The notes under the pieces are model-generated. The model saw only the letters and a list, made by a program, of their open reading frames with translations. It did no database searches and was not told the DNA's origin. A stretch of 64,000 nt of DNA from Acidobacteriota bacterium (GTDB lineage: Bacteria > Acidobacteriota > UBA6911 > RPQK01 > JAJDTT01). Below are positions 52,716-63,060 of the stretch, piece after piece (the first letter of the stretch is position 1; every line of letters begins with the position of its first letter). The position numbers were made by a program, and so were the translations under genes. The stretch spans positions 4,832,001 to 4,896,000 of the forward strand of contig CBDCJH010000002.1 of the NCBI GenBank assembly GCA_965217775.1, in the 5' to 3' direction.

Positions 52716-55034
52716 ATGAGACACACCCCCTTGTCGATCGTTCTTCTGTTCTGCACGGTCCCGGTCTGGGCCAACGATGCGGCCGGCTCTTCCGGGCAAG
52801 CCGCGGTGGAGCGACGACCCTTCGTCAAGTTCGTGACTCTCACCGGGGAACTCAAGGCCAGCGAATCCCTCATCGTGTACTCGCCCCGCATACCCCAACA
52901 ATGGAACCTGACATTGGGTCATTTGGCGGCTCAGGGATCGGCGGTCCGGAAGGGCGATCTGCTGGTGAAGTTCGATGGCTCCAGTCTGGAGACGGAACGG
53001 TTGGACCTGGAGAAGACACGCGAGGAAGCCCGCCTCAAGATCGCCCGCAAGGAGGCCGAGATCGGGTCCAAACGGCAGGAGCAACTTCTGCTCAAGGCGA
53101 CCGCCGAAAAAGAATTGAAGGTCGCCCTGATCTACTCCGAGATTCCGCCGGATCTCGTCCCTCGCGAAGATTCCGCCAGATACAAGTACGACGTCTCGCA
53201 GGCCAGGATCAAGCTCGAAAAAGCCGACCAGCAACTCGCCGGCACGAAGGAGACCGGACTGGCCGAACTGGAGGTTCTCGAACTCGACTACCAACGGGCC
53301 GATCTGCAACTTGAACAGCTGCTTCAGGCTATGGATCGGCTCACGGTCCGGGGCCCCACATCCGGACTGGCCGTCCGAGCGCGGCATTACCGGGAAGAGC
53401 GAAAGCTCCAGGCGGGAGACTCGGTTTTTGGAGGGTATCCGGTCATGATGCTCCCCAACCTGGACAACCTGGAAGTCGCCGCCGTCGTCTACGATTCCGA
53501 TCTTGCTCTGTTGCAGGAAGGATTGAAGGCCGAGGTGATCCTGGATGCACATCCTTCCCGCCCCTTCCGGGGACGTGTGCTGCGGGTTTCGGAAGCGGCG
53601 AAGTCCAAGTCGCGGAGGTCCCAACTCAAGGTCTTCGAGGCCCGAGTGTCTCTACTGGAAACGGATCCGGACATCATGAAGCCGGGAATGACGGCTCGAG
53701 TGAGGATTCCGGTTCCGGTCGGCGAGCGGTTGACGGCACCCCGGGAGGCGCTCCATCTGGGCCCCGATGGTGAGGTTTTCGCGCGGGGTGAGATGGGCCG
53801 GAAGCTGCCGGTGCAAGTCCTGGATACGACGGACCGCTGGGTAGCACTCGCCGGACTGGATGCCGGACAGAAACTCCTCCTGAACTCCGATGCGAGCCCG
53901 AGTCGACGATCGGAGGGGGATTGGATCCGGATGAAGCGGGAGAATTTTACGCTCACCGTACCCGGCAACGGGGTGCTCAAGGCAGCTTTGGCGACCTTGA
54001 TTCGGTCCCCGGTTCTCCCCAATACCTGGCGTCACAAGATCACCCATATGGCGCCCGAAGGAAGCTCAGTCGAAAAAGGCGAAATTGTGGTGCGATTGGA
54101 TCCCACGGAAGTCGAGAAGAAATTGCGTGAGGAATCGGCCAACGTCGAGAAGGCCCGGGAGGAGTACGAGAAGACCAAGGCGTCATTGGAGCTGGCGGCC
54201 CGGGATCTGGATCTGGAGTTGGAAGAAGCCCGGGTCGATGCCCGGAAGAAGGAAAAACAACTGGATCAAGCCAGAGAATTTCAATCGATCCTCGACGTCA
54301 AGAAGGCAGACTACGAGGCGGAGTTGGCTCGTCGAAAGGTTGAGACTCTGGAGTTGCGGCGGAGGTTCGTGAAGCAGGACGCCGACCTGCAGCTCAAGAT
54401 CCTGCAAGACAGCCAGCGGCTTTATGAAAAGAGAGCCTCTCATCACCGAAAATCGATCCAGGCCATGGAAATCGTCTCACCCCGGGCCGGCACCGTCCTC
54501 TACCAGAGGAACTGGCGTAACGAACCGGTGCGGGTCGGAAGTGATGTGTATATGGGCAGCACCATCATGAGCCTTCCCGACCTGTCGAGCCTGGTGGTGG
54601 AAGCGCGGGTCGCGGAAATCGACGCCGGAAAAGTCCGCGTCGGCCAAGAGGTCAGAGTCGACCTGGACGCGATTCCGGACCGGACTTTCAAGGGAAGGAT
54701 CGCGTCGGTGGCCACCCTCTTCTCTCCGGCCAGCTTCGATCGGCCCATGAAGGTGCTGGACCTCACAGTGGAGCTGGAGCGCGTGGACCAGGACAGGATG
54801 CGTCCGGGTATGGCAACCCGGATCCGGATCGTCGTCAACCACTTCCAGGATGTTCTGACCTTGCCCCTGTCGGTCATTCAGACGGAGAACGGCGAGTCCT
54901 TCGTCTGGGTGAAGCAGGACGGTGGACCTGTCAGGCGGTCCATCAAGTTGGGTCGAGACAACGGTGTCGTCGCCGTGGTCAAGGAAGGGCTGTCGGAGGG
55001 AGAGGAGGTCGCCAATGTGCCGGATGCCGGGTGA
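52716..55034 (+). CDS. Tandem (double) membrane-fusion/periplasmic adaptor protein
   Basis: Two repeats of 'GS.V.KG...V..D'-coiled coil-beta barrel ending 'MKPGMTA' and 'MRPGMAT'. Confidence 0.85.
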   Translation: MRHTPLSIVLLFCTVPVWANDAAGSSGQAAVERRPFVKFVTLTGELKASESLIVYSPRIPQQWNLTLGHLAAQGSAVRKGDLLVKFDGSSLETERLDLEKTREEARLKIARKEAEIGSKRQEQLLLKATAEKELKVALIYSEIPPDLVPREDSARYKYDVSQARIKLEKADQQLAGTKETGLAELEVLELDYQRADLQLEQLLQAMDRLTVRGPTSGLAVRARHYREERKLQAGDSVFGGYPVMMLPNLDNLEVAAVVYDSDLALLQEGLKAEVILDAHPSRPFRGRVLRVSEAAKSKSRRSQLKVFEARVSLLETDPDIMKPGMTARVRIPVPVGERLTAPREALHLGPDGEVFARGEMGRKLPVQVLDTTDRWVALAGLDAGQKLLLNSDASPSRRSEGDWIRMKRENFTLTVPGNGVLKAALATLIRSPVLPNTWRHKITHMAPEGSSVEKGEIVVRLDPTEVEKKLREESANVEKAREEYEKTKASLELAARDLDLELEEARVDARKKEKQLDQAREFQSILDVKKADYEAELARRKVETLELRRRFVKQDADLQLKILQDSQRLYEKRASHHRKSIQAMEIVSPRAGTVLYQRNWRNEPVRVGSDVYMGSTIMSLPDLSSLVVEARVAEIDAGKVRVGQEVRVDLDAIPDRTFKGRIASVATLFSPASFDRPMKVLDLTVELERVDQDRMRPGMATRIRIVVNHFQDVLTLPLSVIQTENGESFVWVKQDGGPVRRSIKLGRDNGVVAVVKEGLSEGEEVANVPDAG

Positions 55035-55192
55035 CAGCCCGTGGCAAAAGTCATCACGGCATTCGACCGTCCCTGCATCCCGGCGGACGGCGTTGCGATT
55101 CGGGCACATACTCCCGGTATGCACCCGAATCGCGCCTTGTCCGGCGGGCGCAGGAACGGTCTCGGTGCTCGCGGGACTTTCACCACGGACTG
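55035..55192. mobile_element. MITE-like palindromic element, copy B (158 bp)
   Basis: CAGCCCGTGGCAAAAGTC...GACTTTCACCACGGACTG; internal hairpin GCGATTCGGG...CCCGAATCGC. Confidence 0.85.
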
Positions 55193-55356
55193 GCAAGGAA
55201 TTCGATCCCTGCCGACAACAACGGGAAGCCGACAAGCCCCCTCCGCACCGCACGGACCCTACCAGCTACAGGATGGGGGTTCGCTACAAGATCCAACGTT
55301 CAGCGATTCTACCGACGTCCTCGCGATGGCCCCCAGGCGGTGCCATACTCGATTTC

Positions 55357-57615
55357 ATGAAATACCTGCCCGGCCTGCTACTGCTTTCTTGCGCGATGGC
55401 TTCAGGAGAACCTCTCCATTGCGACTTCACGGACTACCGGCCCCTGGAGGGCCTGGAGGCCAGGAGCGTCGACGGAGACGTGGTCTTTGAATGGACAGGC
55501 TCCGAAGCGCCGGTGCAAGCCGGTGCCGGAACCTCAGCCGGGCAGCTCCGGGCAAGGTTCGGCCTGGAGGGCGCCCAGCCGGTCATACGGCAAATGGCCG
55601 CACTGTCCAGGCCGGGGCATTGGGCACCGCTCGTGCAAGACGCCCGCCCACAGTTCCATGTAGCGGAGGGAAAGCGCCGCATTTCCTACCAGCAGTTGCG
55701 GCCGATGCAGGACCTGGGCCGCGAGGCCACGCCTGAAGTCGTGGAGCAAGAGAAATGGAAGGTCTTCTGGGACGCGCCGCTGAATCTGCCGGGTCTCGAA
55801 GGCGTGAACCCCGGGCTCCCCAGGGATCCCTCGGAGGTGACGCGCAGCGAGGTCCGATACAGCGTCAAAGGGTGCCGGGTGCGCCGGGATGGTGTGCGGC
55901 TCGAGATTTCGTTTGACGGCTTGACGTTGGGCTCGTTCGAAGGGAGCCTTCGATTCACCGTTTACAAGGGATCCAACCTGGTTCGCCAAGAGGCCGTGGC
56001 GGCGACAACCAAGCCATCGGTCGCGTACGTCTATCGCGCCGGGCTGGGCGGGCTGGAGAGCGATGACTACCGGCGTCTGCGCTGGAGGGACATCGCCAGG
56101 GACTGGCAGCACTATCGCTTCGGTGGTGGAGTCAATGAGGGGCCCGTTCCGCTTCGCGCCCGCAACCGGGTCGTCCTGCTCGAGCGGGAGCGCGGTGCGC
56201 TCGCGATCTTCCCCCCCTCTCACAAGTTCTTCTTCGCGCGTGAGATCGAGATGAATCTCGGGTACGTCTGGTACCGGCAGGGAGAGGAGGGGCGCTTCGA
56301 CGTCGGTGTGCGCCAGGCCGAGCGGGAAGAGATGTTCCGCCCGTGGGGCGCTGCCAAGGAAATCTGGGAAAAGCGAGTGCGTCAATCGCGCGCCTTCGCG
56401 GAAGGCAACTTCGCTCTCTACAACGCTCCGCCGGGAACGCTGCAGCGGATGGCCGTCTATTACTACCTGGGACCGCGGGACGCGGAGTCCACCCTGAAAG
56501 AAGTGCTGGCCTACACTCATGGCGACAAGTACAAGCCGCTGGATGGCCATCAAGTGGCGGTCAGCCATTTCCATACGCACTTCGCCGAGCAGCTGGTTGA
56601 CCTCGGATCCCTTGACGCGAGGCCTCCGTGGGTTTCGGCATTCAGGGGCCTGGGGATCAACATCGCGATGATGTCCGATTTTCATGGCGACGGCCACCCG
56701 CAGGACGAAGGTGAAGTCCGGTTCAGGGAACTTGGCGAGTACTTCGAGGCTTGCCGGCGCCACTCGGACAAGGATTTCCTGCTGCTGCCCGGCGAGGAGC
56801 CGAACGTGCATTTTGGCGGGCACTACACGCTTGTGTTCCCGAGGCCGGTTTATTGGTCCAAGGTGCGCGGGTCCGATAAAGCGTTCCAGGCAAGCCACCC
56901 GGAATACGGGACGGTTTACCGCGTGGGCTCGGCGGGCGAGATGCTCTCGATGCTCGAAACGGAGAAAGGCCTGCTATGGCAGGCGCACCCGCGCACCAAG
57001 GGTTCGACGTTCTATCCCGATGTCGTGCGGGAGGCGCCCCACTTTCTCAGCGACCGCTATCTGGGGGGAGCCTTCCAATCCCTTCCGGCGGACCTGTCGA
57101 AGCCGAGGATCTGCGAGGAACGGTGCTTCGGAACCCTCGACGACATGAACAATTGGGCGGGGCCAAAGTACATGATTGCGGAGGGCGATACGTACACGAA
57201 GTATCCCGAGGACGAGATCTATCCGCACTTGATCGTCAACTATGTGCGGTTGAGCGAGTTGCCCGCATTCGACGAGGACTGGAGCCCTATCACCGAGGCG
57301 ATGAGGCGGGGAGAGTTCTTCGTCTCGACAGGGGAGGTTTTGATCCCGTCCCACGAGGTCGAAGGATTCGAGGACCGCAAGACGTTTGTCGCCGAGGTCG
57401 AATGGACATTCCCGCTTGAGTTCGTAGAACTCGTGTGGGGCGACGGCAAAGCGACTGGCAGGCAGGTGCTGCCGACAACCGGCCTCGGTTCGTTCGGTCG
57501 CAAGACATTCCGGATGGAATTCGATTCGCCGGGCAAGAAGTGGGTGCGGTTTGCTGCCTGGGATTCGGCCGGCAACGGGGCCTTCACCCAGCCAATCCAC
57601 CTGTCGGGACGGTGA
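55357..57615 (+). CDS. Secreted putative metallohydrolase with a C-terminal PHP-like domain
   Basis: Signal peptide 'MKYLPGLLLLSCAMASG'; 'HFHTH', 'SDFHGDGH', 'GEEPN', 'AHP' metal-ligand pattern. Confidence 0.7.
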   Translation: MKYLPGLLLLSCAMASGEPLHCDFTDYRPLEGLEARSVDGDVVFEWTGSEAPVQAGAGTSAGQLRARFGLEGAQPVIRQMAALSRPGHWAPLVQDARPQFHVAEGKRRISYQQLRPMQDLGREATPEVVEQEKWKVFWDAPLNLPGLEGVNPGLPRDPSEVTRSEVRYSVKGCRVRRDGVRLEISFDGLTLGSFEGSLRFTVYKGSNLVRQEAVAATTKPSVAYVYRAGLGGLESDDYRRLRWRDIARDWQHYRFGGGVNEGPVPLRARNRVVLLERERGALAIFPPSHKFFFAREIEMNLGYVWYRQGEEGRFDVGVRQAEREEMFRPWGAAKEIWEKRVRQSRAFAEGNFALYNAPPGTLQRMAVYYYLGPRDAESTLKEVLAYTHGDKYKPLDGHQVAVSHFHTHFAEQLVDLGSLDARPPWVSAFRGLGINIAMMSDFHGDGHPQDEGEVRFRELGEYFEACRRHSDKDFLLLPGEEPNVHFGGHYTLVFPRPVYWSKVRGSDKAFQASHPEYGTVYRVGSAGEMLSMLETEKGLLWQAHPRTKGSTFYPDVVREAPHFLSDRYLGGAFQSLPADLSKPRICEERCFGTLDDMNNWAGPKYMIAEGDTYTKYPEDEIYPHLIVNYVRLSELPAFDEDWSPITEAMRRGEFFVSTGEVLIPSHEVEGFEDRKTFVAEVEWTFPLEFVELVWGDGKATGRQVLPTTGLGSFGRKTFRMEFDSPGKKWVRFAAWDSAGNGAFTQPIHLSGR

Positions 57616-57633
57616 GGGCGCAAGTTGCTTTAC

Positions 57634-57730
57634 CAGCCCGTGGCAAAAGTCGTCGCGGCATTCGACCGTCCCTGCATCCCGGCGGGCGCAGGAACGGTTT
57701 CGGTGCTCGCGGGACTTTCACCACGGGCTG
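57634..57730. mobile_element. MITE-like palindromic element, copy C (97 bp, central arm missing)
   Basis: Same ends; lacks the segment between the two internal CCGGCGG repeats; flanked by TAC...GTA. Confidence 0.85.
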
Positions 57731-57774
57731 GTACGATGGGTATTCATGTCCGTTCCCGGGGCGCCGGAGGGCCG

Positions 57775-59079
57775 ATGAAGAAAGTCTACCTGGCATTGTC
57801 GCTGCTGGTCGTCGCGGCGGGCGTCGCTTCCCATTTCCGGGATCTGGGCAGACAATGGTTGGCCACCCTGATGGATCCGCGGGAAAACGAACCCGTACCC
57901 CTGCTGCGGGTGACCCCCCAAAACTATCGGGTCCTGGTTCGAGCCGACGGCGAACTCACGGGACTGCAGATCACACCGGTTCATGCCCCCATGGTGAAGA
58001 CCGGATCGCTGAAGGTGGCCTGGCTGGCCGATGAGGGCCAGATCGTCGGGAAAGGGGACACGGTGGTCGTGTTCGACCAGACCGACGCGGTGTTGACCCT
58101 GAAGCAAAGCCACAACACCCTCGACACTCAGGATCACCTCATAGAGAAGCAGAAAATGGAGGCCCGGAGCCGGGCCGAGACCCTGAAGCGGGATCTCGAG
58201 AGCACGGAACTGGAATTGGACTACACCCAGGACCAGATCCGGAAGGACGAACAGATCTTCTCCCGCTGGGAAATCCAGGAATCGATCATGAGCGCCTCCC
58301 TGGCCCGGTACAGAAAGGGCCATCTGAATCGTAAGGGGGAGGTGGAGCAGGGTCTCTCCCAGGCCGACATGCGTCTCCTCCAGGTCGACCGGAAAATGGC
58401 CGAAACGGAGATGAAACTGGCCCGGGAGACCCTTTCCTCACTGGAGGCCAAGGCTCCGGTCGGCGGCGTCGTCCTCTACAAACGGAGTTGGACCGTCCTC
58501 GAAGTGGGCTCCGAGGTCTGGCCCGCACAGCCCTTGATGGAAATCGCCGATACGGACCGCTTTCGTGGCCGGTTGTTCGTCCCGGAGAACCAGATTCGGG
58601 GCGTGCGGATCGGCAGGAAGGTCCAGGTTCGGCTCGACGCGTTTCCGGGGGAGAACTTCTCGGGAGAAATCGACAAAGTGGACAAGATCGCCCGCCAGCG
58701 GCATCCGCGCGACCCCCGGAAATTCTTCCTCTGCGAAGCTCGTCTCGACGTCTCACCCGATTCCCTGGAAAGGCTGAACCCGGGCATGCGATTCTCCGCC
58801 GAGATCGAGTTGGCGGAAAAAAGCAACGCCGTCGTGATTCCTCGGAGCGCGGTCATCAAGAAGGATTCGGGTTTCGTGGTCTTCGTCCGGGAAGGCGACG
58901 AATACCTGGAGAAAAAGATCGAGATCGTGGACAGCGACTTCGGCTTCCACGTGGTTCAGGGGGTGGCTGCGGGGACCCAGATCTGCCTCCGCCACCCCCT
59001 GGAGGATCAGCGACTCCACCTTCCCGACTTCAGCTCGCCGACGGCGGGAACTCAACGGCGCCGTTTCGTCCCCTTTTGA
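57775..59079 (+). CDS. Periplasmic adaptor (MacA/HlyD-like)
   Basis: GGAGG RBS, N-terminal TM segment, 'EGQIVGKGD', 'LNPGM'. Confidence 0.85.
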   Translation: MKKVYLALSLLVVAAGVASHFRDLGRQWLATLMDPRENEPVPLLRVTPQNYRVLVRADGELTGLQITPVHAPMVKTGSLKVAWLADEGQIVGKGDTVVVFDQTDAVLTLKQSHNTLDTQDHLIEKQKMEARSRAETLKRDLESTELELDYTQDQIRKDEQIFSRWEIQESIMSASLARYRKGHLNRKGEVEQGLSQADMRLLQVDRKMAETEMKLARETLSSLEAKAPVGGVVLYKRSWTVLEVGSEVWPAQPLMEIADTDRFRGRLFVPENQIRGVRIGRKVQVRLDAFPGENFSGEIDKVDKIARQRHPRDPRKFFLCEARLDVSPDSLERLNPGMRFSAEIELAEKSNAVVIPRSAVIKKDSGFVVFVREGDEYLEKKIEIVDSDFGFHVVQGVAAGTQICLRHPLEDQRLHLPDFSSPTAGTQRRRFVPF

Positions 59080-59083
59080 GCGC

Positions 59084-60319
59084 ATGTTCTTCGCCGAGTC
59101 GGTCAAGATCGCCTTTTCCAACCTGCTGCTGCACAAGCTCCGCACGTCTCTGACCATGTTGGGCATGATCTTCGGGGTGGCCGCCGTCCTGTCGATGCTC
59201 TCCATCGGGGCCGGAGCCGGTCGGGAAGCCCTGTCACTGATCCGGAAAATGGGGCTGCGAAACATCCTGATCCGGGCCCAGGCATTCGAGGAAGAGGAGC
59301 TCCGAATCATCCGTCAGGACTCTCCCGGCCTGACCCGCCATGATGTCCAGGCCCTGAGACAAGTGCTTCCGGCCGGAACCCGGATCAACGCCAAGAAAGA
59401 ACACAAGACCTACCAGATCGCTTCGGCGCTGGGGAGAGGGGATTCACGGCTCATCGGAGTGGACGCCGGATACCCTCTCGCCGCCAATCTGAAATTGGTG
59501 GAAGGCTCTTTCTTCCTGCCCACGGACGGCCTCAAGCGCCACCAGGTCTGCGTCCTGGGAAAGACGGCTCGCCGCAAGCTCTTCGGTCTGAATCCGGCGC
59601 TGGGAGAGCAGGTGAAGATCGATGCGCTCTGGTTCACCGTGGTGGGAGTCCTGGCCGATCAACTACTGGAAAAGGATGAGTTCGAAGGCGTCAAGATCGA
59701 GAGCGTGAACAACGACATCTACGTCCCGTTGGAGACTCTTCTGGCCAAGTACGAACGGAAACCGGTGGAGAACGAGCTGGATGAGATCATCGTCCGGATT
59801 CCCCCGGACCAGGTTCTTTCCGAGCAGGCGGCCGTGATCTCCGGCATGGTCGCAAGCACCCACCGGAACATAGACGACTTCTCCATCGTGGTGCCGGAGC
59901 GGCTGTTGGAACAGAGCCGGCAGACCCAACGGATCTTCAATCTGGTGATGGGAGCCATCGCCTCCATCTCCCTGCTGGTCGGAGGAATCGGAATCATGAA
60001 CATCATGCTGGCATCGGTTCTGGAACGGACCAACGAAATCGGCCTGCGCCGTGCGGTCGGCGCGCGCCGCCGGGACATCAGCCGGCAGTTCCTGTTGGAA
60101 GCCTTAACCATCAGCCTGAGCGGGGCGGCCTTGGGCGTCCTGCTGGGTTCCTCGATCTCCAGCCTGGTCTCCACCTACGCCGGTTGGCCGACGACGATCA
60201 CCGGCGTGTCCGTCCTGCTGGCGGTCGGGGTCTCGGCATCCGTGGGTCTGGTCTTCGGAATCTACCCGGCGCGAAAGGCCTCCCGCGTCTCTCCCATCGA
60301 AGCCCTCCGCTATGAGTAG
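59084..60319 (+). CDS. MacB/FtsX-like ABC permease
   Basis: '[18 protein letters not shown]', '[10 protein letters not shown]', 'ERTNEIGLR', 'PIEALRYE'. Confidence 0.93.
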   Translation: MFFAESVKIAFSNLLLHKLRTSLTMLGMIFGVAAVLSMLSIGAGAGREALSLIRKMGLRNILIRAQAFEEEELRIIRQDSPGLTRHDVQALRQVLPAGTRINAKKEHKTYQIASALGRGDSRLIGVDAGYPLAANLKLVEGSFFLPTDGLKRHQVCVLGKTARRKLFGLNPALGEQVKIDALWFTVVGVLADQLLEKDEFEGVKIESVNNDIYVPLETLLAKYERKPVENELDEIIVRIPPDQVLSEQAAVISGMVASTHRNIDDFSIVVPERLLEQSRQTQRIFNLVMGAIASISLLVGGIGIMNIMLASVLERTNEIGLRRAVGARRRDISRQFLLEALTISLSGAALGVLLGSSISSLVSTYAGWPTTITGVSVLLAVGVSASVGLVFGIYPARKASRVSPIEALRYE

Positions 60320-61076
60320 AGCTCCCACCGGCAAAGCTGCCGAAATGGCGGGGACAAGACGAGATCGAACTCCCGAGGTCCTGATTCGAGCCGTCGACCT
60401 CTGGAAAAGCTACCAGGTGGGTACGGAGACGATTCACGCCCTGCGCGATCTCAGCTTCCGGATCGACAAAAACGAATACGTGGCCATCATGGGTCCGTCC
60501 GGCTCCGGAAAGTCCACTTTGATGAACGTCATCGGCTGTTTGGACACCCCGACTCGCGGACAGTACTTCCTTCACGAGAAACGGGTCAGCGCCATGGACG
60601 ATGACGAATTGGCCCAGGTCCGGAACCAGGAAATCGGTTTCGTCTTCCAGACCTTCAACCTGCTGGCGAGAGCCTCCGCCTACCAGAACGTCGAGCTGCC
60701 ACTCCTCTACAGTCGACTCCCCCGCTCACAGCGTCGTGCCAGAACCCGTGAGATCCTGTCGCAGGTCGAACTCAGCGACCGGGCCAACCACCGGCCCAAC
60801 GAGGTGTCCGGAGGGCAACGCCAGCGGATAGCAATTGCCCGCGCCCTCGTCAATCGCCCCTCCATCCTGTTGGCCGACGAGCCCACCGGCAACCTGGATT
60901 CGCGTACGGGCCGGGAGATCCTGAACCTTTTCGATACGCTGCACCGGAAAGGCAATACGATCCTCCTGGTCACCCATGACTCCAATGTCGCCGCCCGTGC
61001 CGATCGCGTGATCGAGTTGCTGGATGGAAAGATCACACGGGACGAGAAGTTGCGCTTCCGGGGTGGATCGATATGA
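60312..61076 (+). CDS. ABC ATP-binding protein (MacB/LolD-like)
   Basis: 'GPSGSGKST', 'VSGGQRQR', 'ADEPTGNLD'. Confidence 0.95.
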   Translation: MSRAPTGKAAEMAGTRRDRTPEVLIRAVDLWKSYQVGTETIHALRDLSFRIDKNEYVAIMGPSGSGKSTLMNVIGCLDTPTRGQYFLHEKRVSAMDDDELAQVRNQEIGFVFQTFNLLARASAYQNVELPLLYSRLPRSQRRARTREILSQVELSDRANHRPNEVSGGQRQRIAIARALVNRPSILLADEPTGNLDSRTGREILNLFDTLHRKGNTILLVTHDSNVAARADRVIELLDGKITRDEKLRFRGGSI

Positions 61077-61088
61077 ACCGGCTCCGGA

Positions 61089-62090
61089 TCAGAACATCTC
61101 GGTGCGCCAGAGATCATGGATGTGGATGATCCCCACCAGCCTTCCGCCGGCGTCCGGCACCAGCAGCGAGGTGATCTTCTGTCTCTCCATCAGGTTCAGG
61201 GCTTTGGTGGCCAGCTGATCGTCTCCGATGGTCACCGGGTCCGGCGTCATGCACTCGGCGGCGGTGCAGTTGAGAGTCGACGCGCCTCGACGCTGCAGCA
61301 TGCGCCGCAGGTCGCCGTCCGAGATGACTCCCACGAGCCGGTCGTCTTCCGCCACGATCCCGGCGATGCCCAGTCCTTTTCGGCTGATCTCGTCGATCAC
61401 GTCCTTCATGGAAGTGGACCATGTGGCCTTGGGGATCTCGTCCCCCCGGTGCATGAGATCGGATACCAGAATCAACTGGTTGCCCAGTCCTCCGCCCGGA
61501 TGAAGCCGGGCGAAGTCCCGGGGCCGCAGTCCCTTTCGCTCCGAGAGGGCGACGGCCAACGCATCTCCCAGGGCCAGGGCGGCGGTAGTGGATGCCGTCG
61601 GGGCCAGACCGAGAGCACAAGCCTCCCGATCCACACTGACGTCCAGGACCAGGTCCGAGTTGTGCGCGAGCGTGGATTCCAACTCCCCCACCAAGCCGAT
61701 GATGGGAACTCCAAGCCGCTTGAGTGTGGGCAGCAGGCGGACCAGTTCGTGGGTCTCGCCGCTGTTGGAAACGGCCAGGACCAGATCTCTCTCGGCCAAC
61801 ATGCCCAGGTCTCCATGGATGGCGTCTGCGGGGTGGACGAAAAGGGCGGGTGTTCCGGTGCTGGAAAGGGTCGCGGCGATCTTCCTGCCGATGATCCCCG
61901 ATTTCCCCATGCCGGTGAGGACCACGCGCCCGGTGCAGGAAACCAGCAGCTCGATGGCTTGGTCGAAGCGATGGTCGAGACGGGGAATGAGAGCCGTGAC
62001 CGCCTCCGCCTCCGTCTCCAGGACTCTCCGGGCCGTCTCCCTGGACCGGCTGGTCACGGTATTTCGACTCGGTACGGTCTCAGCTCTCAC
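61089..62090 (-). CDS. kdsD: Arabinose-5-phosphate isomerase (KpsF/GutQ)
   Basis: 'GMGKSG', 'HGDLG', 'APTAST', 'HPGG', CBS pair. Confidence 0.93.
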   Translation of the reverse strand: MRAETVPSRNTVTSRSRETARRVLETEAEAVTALIPRLDHRFDQAIELLVSCTGRVVLTGMGKSGIIGRKIAATLSSTGTPALFVHPADAIHGDLGMLAERDLVLAVSNSGETHELVRLLPTLKRLGVPIIGLVGELESTLAHNSDLVLDVSVDREACALGLAPTASTTAALALGDALAVALSERKGLRPRDFARLHPGGGLGNQLILVSDLMHRGDEIPKATWSTSMKDVIDEISRKGLGIAGIVAEDDRLVGVISDGDLRRMLQRRGASTLNCTAAECMTPDPVTIGDDQLATKALNLMERQKITSLLVPDAGGRLVGIIHIHDLWRTEMF

Positions 62091-62946
62091 TGCCGTCCTT
62101 TCCAGGTGTCGAGGGTCCGCCAGCGCCTTCCTTGGACAGTGCGTCGAGCCGGCGAAGGTGTGTCAACATATCCTTCAGGAGGTCGATCCGCAACGCGTTG
62201 GCGCCGTCGCTCAGGGCCCGCTTCGGGTCTTGATGCACCTCCATGAAGAGCCCGTCGATACCCACCGCCACGGCAGCTCGCGCCAGATAGGGAATGAAGG
62301 CGCTGTCCCCCGAGCTGGATCCGCCGGCGCCGCCGGGAAGCTGGACGCTGTGGGTGGCGTCGAAGACCACTGGGACGCCCAGTTCTCTCAGCAGCGGGAG
62401 GGACCGGAAATCGACGACCAGATTATTGTAACCGAAGCTGGTCCCCCGCTCGGTGACGAGCAGGTCCTGATTGCCCGTGCTGCGGGCCTTCTCGACCGCG
62501 TGAGCCAGATCTCGGGGCGCCAGGAACTGTCCCTTCTTGATGTTGACCGGCCTTCCCGTGGCGGCCGCCGCGACGATCAGATCGGTTTGACGGCAGAGGA
62601 ACGCAGGAATCTGCAAGAGGTCCAGAACCTCCGCCGCTGGGCCCACCTGGGCCACTTCATGCACGTCGGACGTGACCGCGAGACCCAACTCGCGTCGGAT
62701 TCGCCCCAGGATCTCCAGGCCGCGGTCGAGTCCCGGGCCCCGAAAGGAGCGAATGGAGGTCCGGTTGGCCTTGTCGTAGGACGCCTTGAAGACGAAAGGG
62801 ACGCCCACGGAGGACGTGATCTCCCGGAGACGGCCAGCCACGTCGAGAGCATGATCTTCGCTCTCGATGACGCAGGGACCGGCGATGAGGAAGAAGGGTT
62901 GCCGGGCTCCGAGCCGCCATTTTCGGAGGTCCATCCGTTCAGCCAC
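62080..62946 (-). CDS. kdsA: KDO-8-phosphate synthase
   Basis: 'AGPCVIE', 'DKANRTS', 'IKKGQF', 'FDATHSVQ'. Confidence 0.97.
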   Translation of the reverse strand: MAERMDLRKWRLGARQPFFLIAGPCVIESEDHALDVAGRLREITSSVGVPFVFKASYDKANRTSIRSFRGPGLDRGLEILGRIRRELGLAVTSDVHEVAQVGPAAEVLDLLQIPAFLCRQTDLIVAAAATGRPVNIKKGQFLAPRDLAHAVEKARSTGNQDLLVTERGTSFGYNNLVVDFRSLPLLRELGVPVVFDATHSVQLPGGAGGSSSGDSAFIPYLARAAVAVGIDGLFMEVHQDPKRALSDGANALRIDLLKDMLTHLRRLDALSKEGAGGPSTPGKDGSES

Positions 62947-63060
62947 AGTGACTCCGAATCATAGCGCAAAGCTGGGAAAGAGAGGGGACGCACCAAACGC
63001 ACACGCACCGGTGGCCGAGAACCGGTTTCGCGAAATTGGATTTGGGACGGAGAATTCCGA

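Noticed and set aside
54922-55356. N-terminal extension of the 897-aa ORF
   Set aside because: It runs through the upstream gene and MITE copy B; the signal peptide and -10 box support the ATG at 55357.
55041-55490. 149-aa ORF starting MAKVITAFDR as an independent gene
   Set aside because: It derives from the MITE and overlaps the hydrolase out of frame; there are no transposase motifs.
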